In this document: positions 1 to 7,322 of the stretch, piece after piece
Layout: each line of letters opens with the position of its first letter
Position numbering within the stretch: the first letter of the stretch is position 1
From: a virus
Taxonomy: Duplodnaviria > Caudoviricetes
Virus record (IMG/VR): IMGVR_UViG_3300033124_000357
Coordinates: 1-29,579 of that record
Direction: 5' to 3' (one strand)
DNA length: 29,579 nucleotides
Notes under the pieces: generated by a model
The model's database searches: none
What the model saw: only the letters and a program-made list of their open reading frames with translations
Told to the model about the DNA's origin: nothing
Position numbers and translations under genes: made by a program

Positions 1-113
1 GATTCTGTTAAATCTTCATTTGCTTCAAAAACACGACTATCACGATTAGTGACATCCTCATAAGTCGCAAAACTTACAAATGTTTTATAACTGTATATAA
101 ATGCTCTATTCAT
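1..113 (-). CDS. 5' part of head-tail connector/adaptor protein (continues across the circular junction into 29579..29186; 168 aa in total)
   Basis: ATG at 113 preceded by AAAGGA SD; reads MNRAFIYSYKTFVSFATYEDVTNRDSRVFEANEDLTE with no stop; the last TC plus base 29579 (C) gives Ser, in frame with EINDYLEQASQRILTQIRNT. Directly follows the capsid gene; the 'FATYEDV...LEQASQRI' pattern is typical of adaptor N-termini. Confidence 0.75.
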   Translation of the reverse strand, partial: MNRAFIYSYKTFVSFATYEDVTNRDSRVFEANEDLTE

Positions 114-142
114 TGTGATAGTCCTTTAGATTAATTTAGCAA

Positions 143-1006
143 TTAAGGGTTGATAGTTGAATTGTTGTTCAATGCACGGCCATAGTTGCTCTGTAGAACA
201 CCTGTGCCATAGTATGCTGAACATACAATGTCATCACCCAAGAAACTTGCACGACGCTGTGTTTCAATAGCGATATCACCAATCATACCAAGACCCAACG
301 CATCACGCTGGAAAATAGCACCTAGATAGTTACCTGCTGAACCAGAGTTAGCAATGTTACTAGTTTCATAAACTGGGATACCAGCCAACATACCAACGAA
401 ACCGGCACGCATTGCTTCATTAGCATTCTCGCCGTAAGCACCCATTGTGAATGGAGTGTTACCAGCAGTTGTCAATGCTGACTTCAAGTCATAAGCGATT
501 TCTGGATGAATAACGCAGACCATACCTTCTGTAGGAACAGCACTTGCTTTTAGTAAAGCCACTGATTTGAAAATCTGCTCTGCTGTGATTGTAGTTGTTC
601 CAGCAGTAGGTGCTGTGAAACTACTGAATCTTGCTGTTAAGTCTTGGTCCATTTTGCGAGCAACTGCTTCACCAAATAAACGACCTAGGTCAGCAACAAC
701 ATTACTTGCACTTGCTACACGAGCAAAGTCAGTTAACAATGTGCGGATAGCAACTGGACTAACTGTTAATGTGCCTAGACTTGTAGTTACTTCTGTGTTG
801 TCTACTTCATTACCTTCAGTGATTGCGGCAGCACTCTGTGTTGGATAAATTGGAACTTGAACAACTTTACCTTGTCCTGGAGACAAAGTGTAATTTTTTA
901 CTAGACCACGCATAATACTGCGTTCGCTAGCAACGAACATCGCTTCTTGAACGATTAGGGGTAGCAAGTCGTTAAGACTTGTTGTGGTTGATGGACCGAT
1001 TGCCAT
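143..1006 (-). CDS. major capsid protein (HK97 fold)
   Basis: 287 aa; follows scaffold; AAGGAG SD; typical motifs 'VQVPIY', 'LGRLFGEAVARKMDQD', 'VCVIHPEIAYDL', 'VGMLAGIPVYETSN', 'YYGTGVL'. Confidence 0.9.
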   Translation of the reverse strand: MAIGPSTTTSLNDLLPLIVQEAMFVASERSIMRGLVKNYTLSPGQGKVVQVPIYPTQSAAAITEGNEVDNTEVTTSLGTLTVSPVAIRTLLTDFARVASASNVVADLGRLFGEAVARKMDQDLTARFSSFTAPTAGTTTITAEQIFKSVALLKASAVPTEGMVCVIHPEIAYDLKSALTTAGNTPFTMGAYGENANEAMRAGFVGMLAGIPVYETSNIANSGSAGNYLGAIFQRDALGLGMIGDIAIETQRRASFLGDDIVCSAYYGTGVLQSNYGRALNNNSTINP

Positions 1007-1028
1007 AATAAATTCTCCTTAATGAATT

Positions 1029-1700
1029 TTATCTTAATCCCGCAGTTTTTCTATATTCTGCGTAGATTTTTCTGTCTGCAGGATTTTTCATATCTAGTTT
1101 ACTAATATCAACCTTGCTTGTAGCGTTGCCTGTGACATTGCTTTTAGTATTAGTTGTTGCAGGTGCTGCCGACACAAAATGCGGATTGCTTTGCAGCCAC
1201 GACTGAACAAAACTATCCACACTTACTGGTCTTCCACTGTCATCGTAGCGAACAGAACCTTTTTCATCTAATACTTCAACTTCACCTTCCGGACTAAGTC
1301 TAACTTGATTACGAATCAACGCTTTAACTTGATCTGGATTTACCGCACGATAACGAGCGGCTGCATCTACAATTGGAGTCTCTACTTTGAAACTTTCAAT
1401 TACTCTATCCCTCTTTTGAATTTCTGCATCCTTCTTGGCTGCTAATTCTTGGATAACACGATCAAACTCTCCACGCTTTAGTTGTTGTTCTTGTTGAATC
1501 TTTTGATGCTGACTAACGATTTCTCGTAGTTGCTCTGGATCTCCAAGTTCTTCATACTTGCTGACATATTTCTTTTCTAGTTGACTTTTGGTCTTTGCTA
1601 GAATAGCGTTTACTTCTGCCTGCGTAAAAGTTTTTTCTGTTGCCTGATCATTTTGAGAGTTATCAGTATGCTCTGTTGCCGATGTTTCTTGTTGGGTCAT
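1029..1700 (-). CDS. capsid scaffolding protein
   Basis: 223 aa between portal and capsid; 'KTFTQAEVNAIL' N-terminal motif, coiled coil, 'WLQSNPHFV' motif; GAGGCGAGG SD. Confidence 0.8.
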   Translation of the reverse strand: MTQQETSATEHTDNSQNDQATEKTFTQAEVNAILAKTKSQLEKKYVSKYEELGDPEQLREIVSQHQKIQQEQQLKRGEFDRVIQELAAKKDAEIQKRDRVIESFKVETPIVDAAARYRAVNPDQVKALIRNQVRLSPEGEVEVLDEKGSVRYDDSGRPVSVDSFVQSWLQSNPHFVSAAPATTNTKSNVTGNATSKVDISKLDMKNPADRKIYAEYRKTAGLR

Positions 1701-1757
1701 CGTAGTCCTCGCCTCTTTAAGAGTTTGTTTGTTGAACAGATAATTCTGTTCGTAGTG

Positions 1758-1765
1758 TATTTATA
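1758..1765 (-). promoter_or_regulatory. T4-type late promoter candidate (TATAAATA) for scaffold-capsid operon
   Basis: Exact T4 late consensus in the intergenic gap; no -35 box; followed by hairpin GAACAGA-ATTA-TCTGTTC (1734-1751). Confidence 0.65.
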
Positions 1766-1768
1766 ATA

Positions 1769-3340
1769 TTATTCGCTCATAGGTTCCCAGGCAGCACACC
1801 ACCATACGGCTTTAACAGGTGCGTTGTTCCAGCGTGTGCATAATCCTTCTACATAGTATCCACAGTTCTTACAGTTTTCACTGCCAGTTGCAGGTTCATA
1901 TGCTTGAGGTAAATCTGGACTAATAGGTGTGCCATCAGGATAAGTTCTTGTTATCTCATCTTCATCTGGTTCAGGCTGGCCTTCTTGCTCTGCATATTCT
2001 TCAGCAAGTTCGTGTTCTGGCATTTCAATGTCAATAGTATCCATAACAGCGTTTTCGATTAACAAACGCTTGACTGGATCTTGAACAATCTCACTGGCAG
2101 TTTTCAAATGTGCTAATTCGTGATCTGTGTTCTTTAACGCAAAATTACTTGGATAATCAATTTCACCATCCCAAGTTGCACCCATATAGGTATAGATAAT
2201 CTGCCATACTTGTTCTTCAGCAAGTTCTAAGTTATCAGCAATGCTTGATAGTCTTGCGTTTAGTAATTGGAATTCTGTTTCAATGGCAATGCCTGACATC
2301 TCACGAGTTTCTGTTGATCTTACTGCACCAACATTACCCATTGAGTCAATCATCTTTTTACGATTGTTGATTGAATTATAAATCTTATCAATCTGTCCGC
2401 CTTCAAACTGTAAGACATATGGCTTTAAGTTTGCGTCTAAGTTCTCTTCCATAGTGATAACCTGACCGGCAGCGGCTCCTTGACATTGAGTGCCCGCGGT
2501 AGCAACAAGACTTGGATGTGTATCTAAACGAATACTGTCATAGACTTCACTTAATTCATTGTAAATCATACGCTGTTGGTCAGCAATGTCATCAATCAAT
2601 GAATTACCCAATCCACGCACAGGACTGCGTTCAGCATAAGCACAGACAAATGGTAGATAACCTAGACCATTTGTTTCCACTGTCATATCTGTGACACGCT
2701 CTTGTTGTGTGTCTAAGTTATAAGTTGTTATGCTGTCATATGTCCATTCTTTGACAACGGTTTCAGTGCCGTTGACTTCTTCAACATACTTGATATATTC
2801 TAATTGATAACCACCATTAGGTTGTCTAGCCCAACGCCAATCTGTGACTGCCAATGGATTATACATTGATAGATAAGGTCTGGCATTCATTGCTTGTTCA
2901 TCTGCCAAGGTAACTGCACCAACATCAGGCTTGGCTACGCAGATCCACATATGACCAAATACACTTGACCACTGTGCAACATCTTTCATAAACGCATCCA
3001 TACTGCGTCCATCTAAGTCAGCATCTTCTAGAATGTCTTCAATGGTAAAGTTATTTTCTAAACTACCAAACTCTCGTTTAGGTTCTGTTCTAAACAAGAA
3101 ACTTGTGTATAGACTAATCAAACTACGACATTGATTGTCTAGGGGTGTATTGTTTAATCTAACAGCGTATTGTGTGTCATTTTCTAAGGCATAACGCTGT
3201 AGGTATGCTCCTTCACGATAGGCTTGACCGCCTGTGAAGCTGTCAAGTAGAAACTTCCAGCGTAGTTGATTACGGCTGTAGGTTGTGTTACCACTGGTTG
3301 CCTGTAAGTAGGCATTTTGAAATGTCTGAAGTTCTGCCAT
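1769..3340 (-). CDS. portal protein (SPP1 gp6-like) with C-terminal acidic linker and HiPIP-like Cys4 domain
   Basis: 523 aa directly after terL; portal motifs 'NGLGYLPFV', 'SLIDDIADQQRMIYN', 'SGIAIETEF..LNARL'; C-terminus 'CKNCGYY..GLC..W..PV...WWCAAW'. Confidence 0.88.
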   Translation of the reverse strand: MAELQTFQNAYLQATSGNTTYSRNQLRWKFLLDSFTGGQAYREGAYLQRYALENDTQYAVRLNNTPLDNQCRSLISLYTSFLFRTEPKREFGSLENNFTIEDILEDADLDGRSMDAFMKDVAQWSSVFGHMWICVAKPDVGAVTLADEQAMNARPYLSMYNPLAVTDWRWARQPNGGYQLEYIKYVEEVNGTETVVKEWTYDSITTYNLDTQQERVTDMTVETNGLGYLPFVCAYAERSPVRGLGNSLIDDIADQQRMIYNELSEVYDSIRLDTHPSLVATAGTQCQGAAAGQVITMEENLDANLKPYVLQFEGGQIDKIYNSINNRKKMIDSMGNVGAVRSTETREMSGIAIETEFQLLNARLSSIADNLELAEEQVWQIIYTYMGATWDGEIDYPSNFALKNTDHELAHLKTASEIVQDPVKRLLIENAVMDTIDIEMPEHELAEEYAEQEGQPEPDEDEITRTYPDGTPISPDLPQAYEPATGSENCKNCGYYVEGLCTRWNNAPVKAVWWCAAWEPMSE

Positions 3341-3365
3341 ATTTTAGGCTCCAATATTAGTATAG

Positions 3366-3373
3366 TATTTATG
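3366..3373 (-). promoter_or_regulatory. T4-type late promoter candidate (CATAAATA) for portal
   Basis: 25 nt upstream of the portal ATG; overlaps the terL TAA stop, so it could partly be a stop-codon artefact. Confidence 0.5.
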
Positions 3374-4598
3374 CAAGTTGATGACCGAATGCTCTCGGAG
3401 CAACTCTTTCAACTTCTTTGTTGATAGGAAATAGGAATTGTATTGCATAAGTTAATGCATCAAACATATGGTCAAATCCACTGTCCTTATCTGGTATCTG
3501 GCTATCCGTTTTGTAACAGAATTGCTGTAGGCTTTTTATTGTGTGCTTGCACTTTGGATCAATGTAGAATCTTGTAGTTTTATCATCACGCTGAAAAAAC
3601 AAACTGTTGGCAGCGTTAATACGATCTTTAACCAATGGATGCTGTCTATGATAACGCACAGTGAATCCTGCGTTCTCTAATAACTTTATATCAGTGTTGC
3701 CATTTGCTGAAGTCTTGCGTTGCACACCTGCTGGGTCTGGAAATATCTGTATAGGATTCTTTGGATATCTATTTCTAATCTCATCAATTAGTTCATTAGT
3801 ATTACTACTATTGAGAACAATCTCGTCTATTTGATGTAAACCATCTTTAGTGCGTCGCATCACGCAACACGACATCGGCTGAATATTAAAGTCAGTGCCC
3901 AGTATAAGTTGTTCATTAGGATTCACAGCTTCGGCAGGTTTAACATTGTGTTGACCAAAACTATAAGCAATAATACCTGAGAAGTTTTCAAATGTTGCCA
4001 AGAACTCTTGACTGAATGTTCTTGCATCTAAATCTTCTCTGGCCTGAGCTACTTCATCTTCTGGGACATTGCCACCGTCAACGGTAGTAAATTGAAAACT
4101 CATCCAATTTGTTCTTGTTGTATGGTAGTCATAGATTTCTTTGAACCAATTCATACCTTTTGGTGTGCCTAAGAACAATGCGTGTCCTCCAGTGTCTGCC
4201 AATGTAGGGCGTAATACTTCATACCACGCTTCGCTGTCAATGTCAGCAGCCTCATCTAAAACAATAAAGTTCAATCCTACTCCACGCAGGCTATCATAGT
4301 TGTCAGCACCTCTTAGTGATATCTCTGAACCATTAACTAACTCCAATGTGAGATCTTGCTCATTTACTTTTTTAACCCAATTGATTGAAAGAAGTTTCTT
4401 TTTTAATTTCTTCCAAACAATCTGTTTCGCCATACGGTAAGTTGGAGCGACATACCAAACACGCTGGTCTGGTTGTCTGGCATATTTTGCTAATTCACGG
4501 ATTGCTAAATGTGTCTTGCCAAATCGGCGACCACAGACTGCAACACGGAATCTAAATGGTGCATCCGCTATCATTCGTTGTGCTTTACTCAGTGGCAT
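3369..4598 (-). CDS. terL: terminase large subunit
   Basis: Walker A 'CGRRFGKT', Walker B 'FIVLDEAA', coupling motif 'GTPKGMNWF', nuclease acidic motifs 'GTDFN' and 'DHMFDALTY'. Confidence 0.95.
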   Translation of the reverse strand: MPLSKAQRMIADAPFRFRVAVCGRRFGKTHLAIRELAKYARQPDQRVWYVAPTYRMAKQIVWKKLKKKLLSINWVKKVNEQDLTLELVNGSEISLRGADNYDSLRGVGLNFIVLDEAADIDSEAWYEVLRPTLADTGGHALFLGTPKGMNWFKEIYDYHTTRTNWMSFQFTTVDGGNVPEDEVAQAREDLDARTFSQEFLATFENFSGIIAYSFGQHNVKPAEAVNPNEQLILGTDFNIQPMSCCVMRRTKDGLHQIDEIVLNSSNTNELIDEIRNRYPKNPIQIFPDPAGVQRKTSANGNTDIKLLENAGFTVRYHRQHPLVKDRINAANSLFFQRDDKTTRFYIDPKCKHTIKSLQQFCYKTDSQIPDKDSGFDHMFDALTYAIQFLFPINKEVERVAPRAFGHQLA

Positions 4599-5004
4599 TT
4601 AATTCTTTATATTCATCACGCATATCTGCAAGTTGCTCTTCTGTGGGCTTGTCATCTTCATCATCTGTAAAAGGTAAAACTTTACTGTTGTCAGTGGTCA
4701 TACCATTATCGCTCATTCCCAGCATATTCTTGGCTAAGAAGATTTGAACAGCGGCATTTAAGTTAACACAAGCGTTTTTAAGCATTGCTCTGCGTAAACT
4801 GATTTTCAAGTCCTCTCTGCCCTTTATGAGATTATCCGTAAAATTGTATCTCAGCGTGTCTTCATTGATACCAAACCAATTAGCAATATCTCTGTCTGTG
4901 CAGCCAATTGATGCTAGGTCTTCTACTTCTTGTGGAGGCACAACCACTTTGTTACGACCAACAACTAATCCTGTAACTATTTTAGTGCCTTCGTGAACTG
5001 CCAT
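4585..5004 (-). CDS. terS: terminase small subunit
   Basis: Overlaps terL start; N-terminal HTH 'LASIGCTDRDIANWFGINEDTL' and 'NAAVQIFLAKNMLGMSD' motif typical of small terminases. Confidence 0.8.
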   Translation of the reverse strand: MAVHEGTKIVTGLVVGRNKVVVPPQEVEDLASIGCTDRDIANWFGINEDTLRYNFTDNLIKGREDLKISLRRAMLKNACVNLNAAVQIFLAKNMLGMSDNGMTTDNSKVLPFTDDEDDKPTEEQLADMRDEYKELNATE

Positions 5005-5150
5005 TAGAAAAATAATCCTACTATTTTATATATTGCTATTGCACAACCAACAAAGAAGCCACCAGCCAGTAAGCCGTTGACCATTTTAAAGAATCTAATC
5101 TTTTCTTCTACTAATGTTAGTTCTTTTTCTGTTTGTTCGTTTAATTTCAT
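5004..5150 (-). CDS. small membrane protein (48 aa, not in ORF track)
   Basis: MKLNEQTEKELTLVEEKIRFFKMVNGLLAGGFFVGCAIAIYKIVGLFF; AGGAG SD; ATGA overlap with the upstream gene and TAATG overlap with terS; one hydrophobic C-terminal segment. Confidence 0.7.
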   Translation of the reverse strand: MKLNEQTEKELTLVEEKIRFFKMVNGLLAGGFFVGCAIAIYKIVGLFF

Positions 5151-5365
5151 AAAAACTCCTTGAGTTGTTTTAATTCTTCGTGTGTTAAAAACATTTCATA
5201 TCTAGTGTCTAATACACTTTGGCTGTAGAATTCAATGTGCCAACACTTACTGGCTTCTACCCATACTTTACGAACTTTTAACTTGTAATCTTCGTTGTTT
5301 ATAATAACAAAATCTTCTTTTGGTGCTTGTCCACCATAAACAAAAAATGCTCCGTGTTTTGCCAT
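5147..5365 (-). CDS. hypothetical protein
   Basis: 72-aa ORF in tightly packed minus-strand operon. Confidence 0.7.
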   Translation of the reverse strand: MAKHGAFFVYGGQAPKEDFVIINNEDYKLKVRKVWVEASKCWHIEFYSQSVLDTRYEMFLTHEELKQLKEFL

Positions 5366-5370
5366 AATAT

Positions 5371-5739
5371 TTAACTTTCTATATAAAAATATTGTTCTGA
5401 TTTTTTGTTTAATCTATGATTAATTATCGCTCCACTACAATTATGAGACTGAGCTGCTTCTTTTCTTGAATTAAAAATTCCTAAGGGTGTTTGTATCTTT
5501 CTTATAGATTTGCTATTGCTTTCAGTAGCATTTTCACTACAGGTTATCTTACGCACATTATCAGGATGATAAGGACCAGTGTCTCCAATGCGAGCCATAA
5601 CTAATTGTCCTTTATAAGGACCTCTATTAACAATATCATCTCCCCACCAAGCAAGCCATTCTTCATAGGTAAATTGAAATTCAATCCCCCTTACTTTAGC
5701 GGCTGCTTTTTGAACTGAATATTTGTGTTTATAATTCAT
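5371..5739 (-). CDS. HNH-like (beta-beta-alpha) endonuclease with C-terminal NUMOD1-like HTH; possible homing endonuclease
   Basis: 'RGIEFQFTYEEWLAWW...RG...VMARIGDTGPYHPDNVRKIT..EN' pattern of phage HNH-like proteins; C-terminal 'TPLGIFNSRKEAA..H..S..IINHRL'. Confidence 0.6.
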   Translation of the reverse strand: MNYKHKYSVQKAAAKVRGIEFQFTYEEWLAWWGDDIVNRGPYKGQLVMARIGDTGPYHPDNVRKITCSENATESNSKSIRKIQTPLGIFNSRKEAAQSHNCSGAIINHRLNKKSEQYFYIES

Positions 5740-5741
5740 AT

Positions 5742-6005
5742 TTATATAATTTTCTTAACGGTAAAATCTTCTGTGAAGAATTGTTGATTTAGCTTCTTAG
5801 CTAAATTACGGGCAGCGGCTAAACTGGGATAAACTATTTTAGGATACTTGATCATTTCGCCCTGTGATGACCAATATCGTTGTCTAATATTAAATGGTTT
5901 ATCTTTGTATAACACAGCATACAAGCCCACCGCTTCTAATATATCTACATCCAAAAAGTCTGTGACTTCTGTTTTTATTATTATGTTTGCTGAGGGTCTA
6001 GTCAT
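5742..6005 (-). CDS. conserved hypothetical phage protein
   Basis: 87 aa; 'MTRP...YAVLYKDKPFN...KYPK..YPS..AARNLAKKLN..F.TEDFTV' resembles, from memory only, a family seen in large aquatic phages. Confidence 0.75.
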   Translation of the reverse strand: MTRPSANIIIKTEVTDFLDVDILEAVGLYAVLYKDKPFNIRQRYWSSQGEMIKYPKIVYPSLAAARNLAKKLNQQFFTEDFTVKKII

Positions 6006-6223
6006 TGTATAACTTTCAGTGGTTTAAGTATTGTCTGTAGTTCTGGGCAAACTATGTTGGCTTGAAACCATTGTTCCTTGTCCCAATATATTCTCCAATA
6101 GTCAAACTGCATATCATATTCTTTTCTTGTGCAGAATCTTGTAATTGTTTGTCTAGCGTTTGTGCTGACATCTTCATCTAATAAGCTAAACATATATTCG
6201 TTGATGCGTGTTTCAATGATCAT
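6002..6223 (-). CDS. hypothetical protein (apparent paralog of 6213..6443)
   Basis: 73 aa, overlaps both neighbours; shares IIExRI, W and PxLQ pattern with next ORF. Confidence 0.7.
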   Translation of the reverse strand: MIIETRINEYMFSLLDEDVSTNARQTITRFCTRKEYDMQFDYWRIYWDKEQWFQANIVCPELQTILKPLKVIQ

Positions 6224-6443
6224 ATTCTTCCTTGAAATAATATCGTTGTAGATCTGGATACTGTTTTATGCTTGACTGCCAGTATTCATCTTTGAAATAT
6301 AATGTATAGCAAAGATTGTTAGGGTCAAATAACAACACAGAGCAGTTGTTCTTTAACACTTCTACTAACTTGACAATCTGACCTTGGTGGGCAATATCAC
6401 CAAACTCTTCTAATAATATTCTTGCTTCTATAATTTTAATCAT
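6213..6443 (-). CDS. hypothetical protein (apparent paralog of 6002..6223)
   Basis: 76 aa, ATGA overlap with upstream gene. Confidence 0.7.
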   Translation of the reverse strand: MIKIIEARILLEEFGDIAHQGQIVKLVEVLKNNCSVLLFDPNNLCYTLYFKDEYWQSSIKQYPDLQRYYFKEEYDH

Positions 6444-6793
6444 AGTAGTTCTTTGTCTGGCCTATTTGTTTTTTTAAGTTCAAAGTGATGTTCATTAACA
6501 CACAAAGGATTACCACAGGTATGTGTAACTTTATATCCATTGACATCTTCATTGTTTATTGACATCCATATAAGGCGACTTGCCTGTGTCATCTGCTGTT
6601 TAGATTCATCATCATAGATCCTCCAAGCACCAAATAATGCGGCAGCAGGATGAACACTGCCTAGCCAACGCCAGCAATCATTGTTGTTGTCAGTTTTTTC
6701 AATCTTTGACCATAGTTTGTTGTCATCCCAACCCCAGTGTCCGATCTGTTTGTATCCTGGCTTTTTCTTAAACCATCCTTTACTTGCTGGCAT
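6440..6793 (-). CDS. HNH_3-type His-Me finger protein, possibly degenerate
   Basis: 'CWRWLG', 'ASRLIW' (cf. AHR), 'VTHTCGNPLCVNEHH' (cf. HHTCDNPxCVNPxHL). Confidence 0.7.
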   Translation of the reverse strand: MPASKGWFKKKPGYKQIGHWGWDDNKLWSKIEKTDNNNDCWRWLGSVHPAAALFGAWRIYDDESKQQMTQASRLIWMSINNEDVNGYKVTHTCGNPLCVNEHHFELKKTNRPDKELL

Positions 6794-7080
6794 TATTTCT
6801 GCTCCTCAATCATACGCATTAACACAGGATTTTCTTTTAAACAATGTATTAAAGCGGCTGCCATTGTATCTACTTGCTGTTCAGTTAGACATTGATTCAT
6901 AGTCATTTCCCAAATATGAAATATCTCGTGAAAGATAGTTTGTAGTCTAGGCCAGGCCTGTAATTCTGGATCTATAATAATTGTATTTGTTTTTGGATCA
7001 CACAAGCCAAGACAATCTATAAGTTCTCGGGGTTCGGCATCTCTGATTGTCCAGGTCTGGCTCATAAATGTAATCTGCAT
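6793..7080 (-). CDS. minimal zincin metallopeptidase-like protein (HExxH; ImmA/IrrE-like)
   Basis: 'LGLCDPKTNTIIID...LQTIFHEIFH...EQQVD' pattern; AAGGA SD. Confidence 0.7.
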   Translation of the reverse strand: MQITFMSQTWTIRDAEPRELIDCLGLCDPKTNTIIIDPELQAWPRLQTIFHEIFHIWEMTMNQCLTEQQVDTMAAALIHCLKENPVLMRMIEEQK

Positions 7081-7099
7081 ATCTTTGTTCCTTGTAATG

Positions 7100-7107
7100 T
7101 ATTTAGT
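7100..7107 (-). promoter_or_regulatory. late-promoter-like motif (ACTAAATA)
   Basis: TAAATA core intergenic, 19 nt upstream of ATG 7080, directly ahead of the SD. Confidence 0.5.
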
Positions 7108-7322
7108 TATTTTTTCAGTATTGCTCTTACTTGATCTTTTTTAATCCAATCAATCCAACTACCTGTTTTACGGCATTTGGGATTACCGCAATACAAGCCC
7201 CAATGAGGACCTGCTTGTTTGATTTCTATTTGGCAATTACGATGTAAGTTCTCTCTGGCCAAATTGACTAATTTCGTTGCTGTTCTTTGTTCATCGGGAG
7301 TTAATGCATTATGTATTGTCAT
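7107..7322 (-). CDS. small putative Zn-binding protein
   Basis: 71 aa; 'H..C...GPHWGLYC....C...WIDW' motif; ATGA overlap with polymerase-like gene. Confidence 0.7.
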   Translation of the reverse strand: MTIHNALTPDEQRTATKLVNLARENLHRNCQIEIKQAGPHWGLYCGNPKCRKTGSWIDWIKKDQVRAILKK

